From NCBI RefSeq assembly GCF_004010195.1, contig NC_057725.1:71833004-71897003 (forward strand): DNA of 64,000 nt, in the 5' to 3' direction. Under the pieces are notes generated by a model that saw only the letters and a program-made list of their open reading frames with translations, was not told where the DNA came from and did not search any database. Source of the stretch: Chiloscyllium plagiosum (taxonomy: Eukaryota). The position numbers were made by a program, and so were the translations under genes. How positions within the stretch are numbered: position 1 is the first letter of the stretch; each line of letters opens with the position of its first letter. Below, in pieces: positions 63,439 through 64,000 of the stretch.

Positions 63439-64000
63439 CTGGGGTTTGGATGGTGATGCATAAGGAGTTGGCTGTTTGCAACTGTGGGAGAACATCTTCC
63501 CCCCTGCCTATCCACAGCATAGCCACATAGAACACAGAAATTCAAGCCTGTCCAAACCATACAAGAAACACCCAGAATTCTGTAGCATTGACCAAACAAG
63601 CTGACAAGAGGAACCAGACATGACCACAGTCACTCCCAAACCAGGGAATACACTTTCCAAGACAAACTAATAATAAGCTTCCTGTGACCAATCAACGCAC
63701 CTGCCCCAAAGCCTTATGAACAATTTCGCACCCCAGTGATATCAAAGCCACACAAAGGACAGGTCAGAGAGAGAGGCACCAGCATACTTCGCTCACAGGA
63801 GAGCAACAATCGAAACATCTTCTTGCCAAGGAAAGGGACATTTTCATCTCGAAGTGAACTGGAATCTCGTGATCCCATTAAGAACTGTTTGATGCTGCCA
63901 GGAAGCTACATTTTATATACAATCAGGACTTTTTCAAATAACTGCTTTACGATTATCACCATGGTAACTGGATTACTTGATTGTCAAGACCATTGTGTTT

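Overview
Repeat-rich eukaryotic DNA, almost certainly from a cartilaginous fish (shark). This is inferred from HE1-type V-SINEs, CR1 LINEs with esterase ORF1, Penelope-like elements and two-exon GPR139/142-like GPCR paralogues. I see no intact protein-coding gene. Three decayed genes are recognisable: two GPR139-like class A GPCR pseudogenes on + with the same phase-1 intron, and a NACHT-domain (NLR) pseudogene on - at ~40.7-42.3 kb that the ORF track shows only as fragments. About 40% of the window is five different tandem arrays with units of ~73, 72, 25, ~53 and 41 bp. Three of them have an apparent local source: a CR1 3' tail, the NLR coding sequence, and a single-copy monomer at 3.6 kb. 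Penelope-like retroelement (PLE) ends are abundant. They carry minimal type I hammerhead ribozyme motifs in two sequence families with covarying stems. They include ~130-210 bp non-coding insertions, three of them fold-back elements with 12-14 bp target-site duplications (TSDs). There are also a Gmr1-like gypsy remnant, solo LTRs, nested CR1 elements and two assembly gaps. Coordinates were read by eye and degraded element boundaries may be off by tens of bases. Family assignments come from recalled motifs, not database searches.
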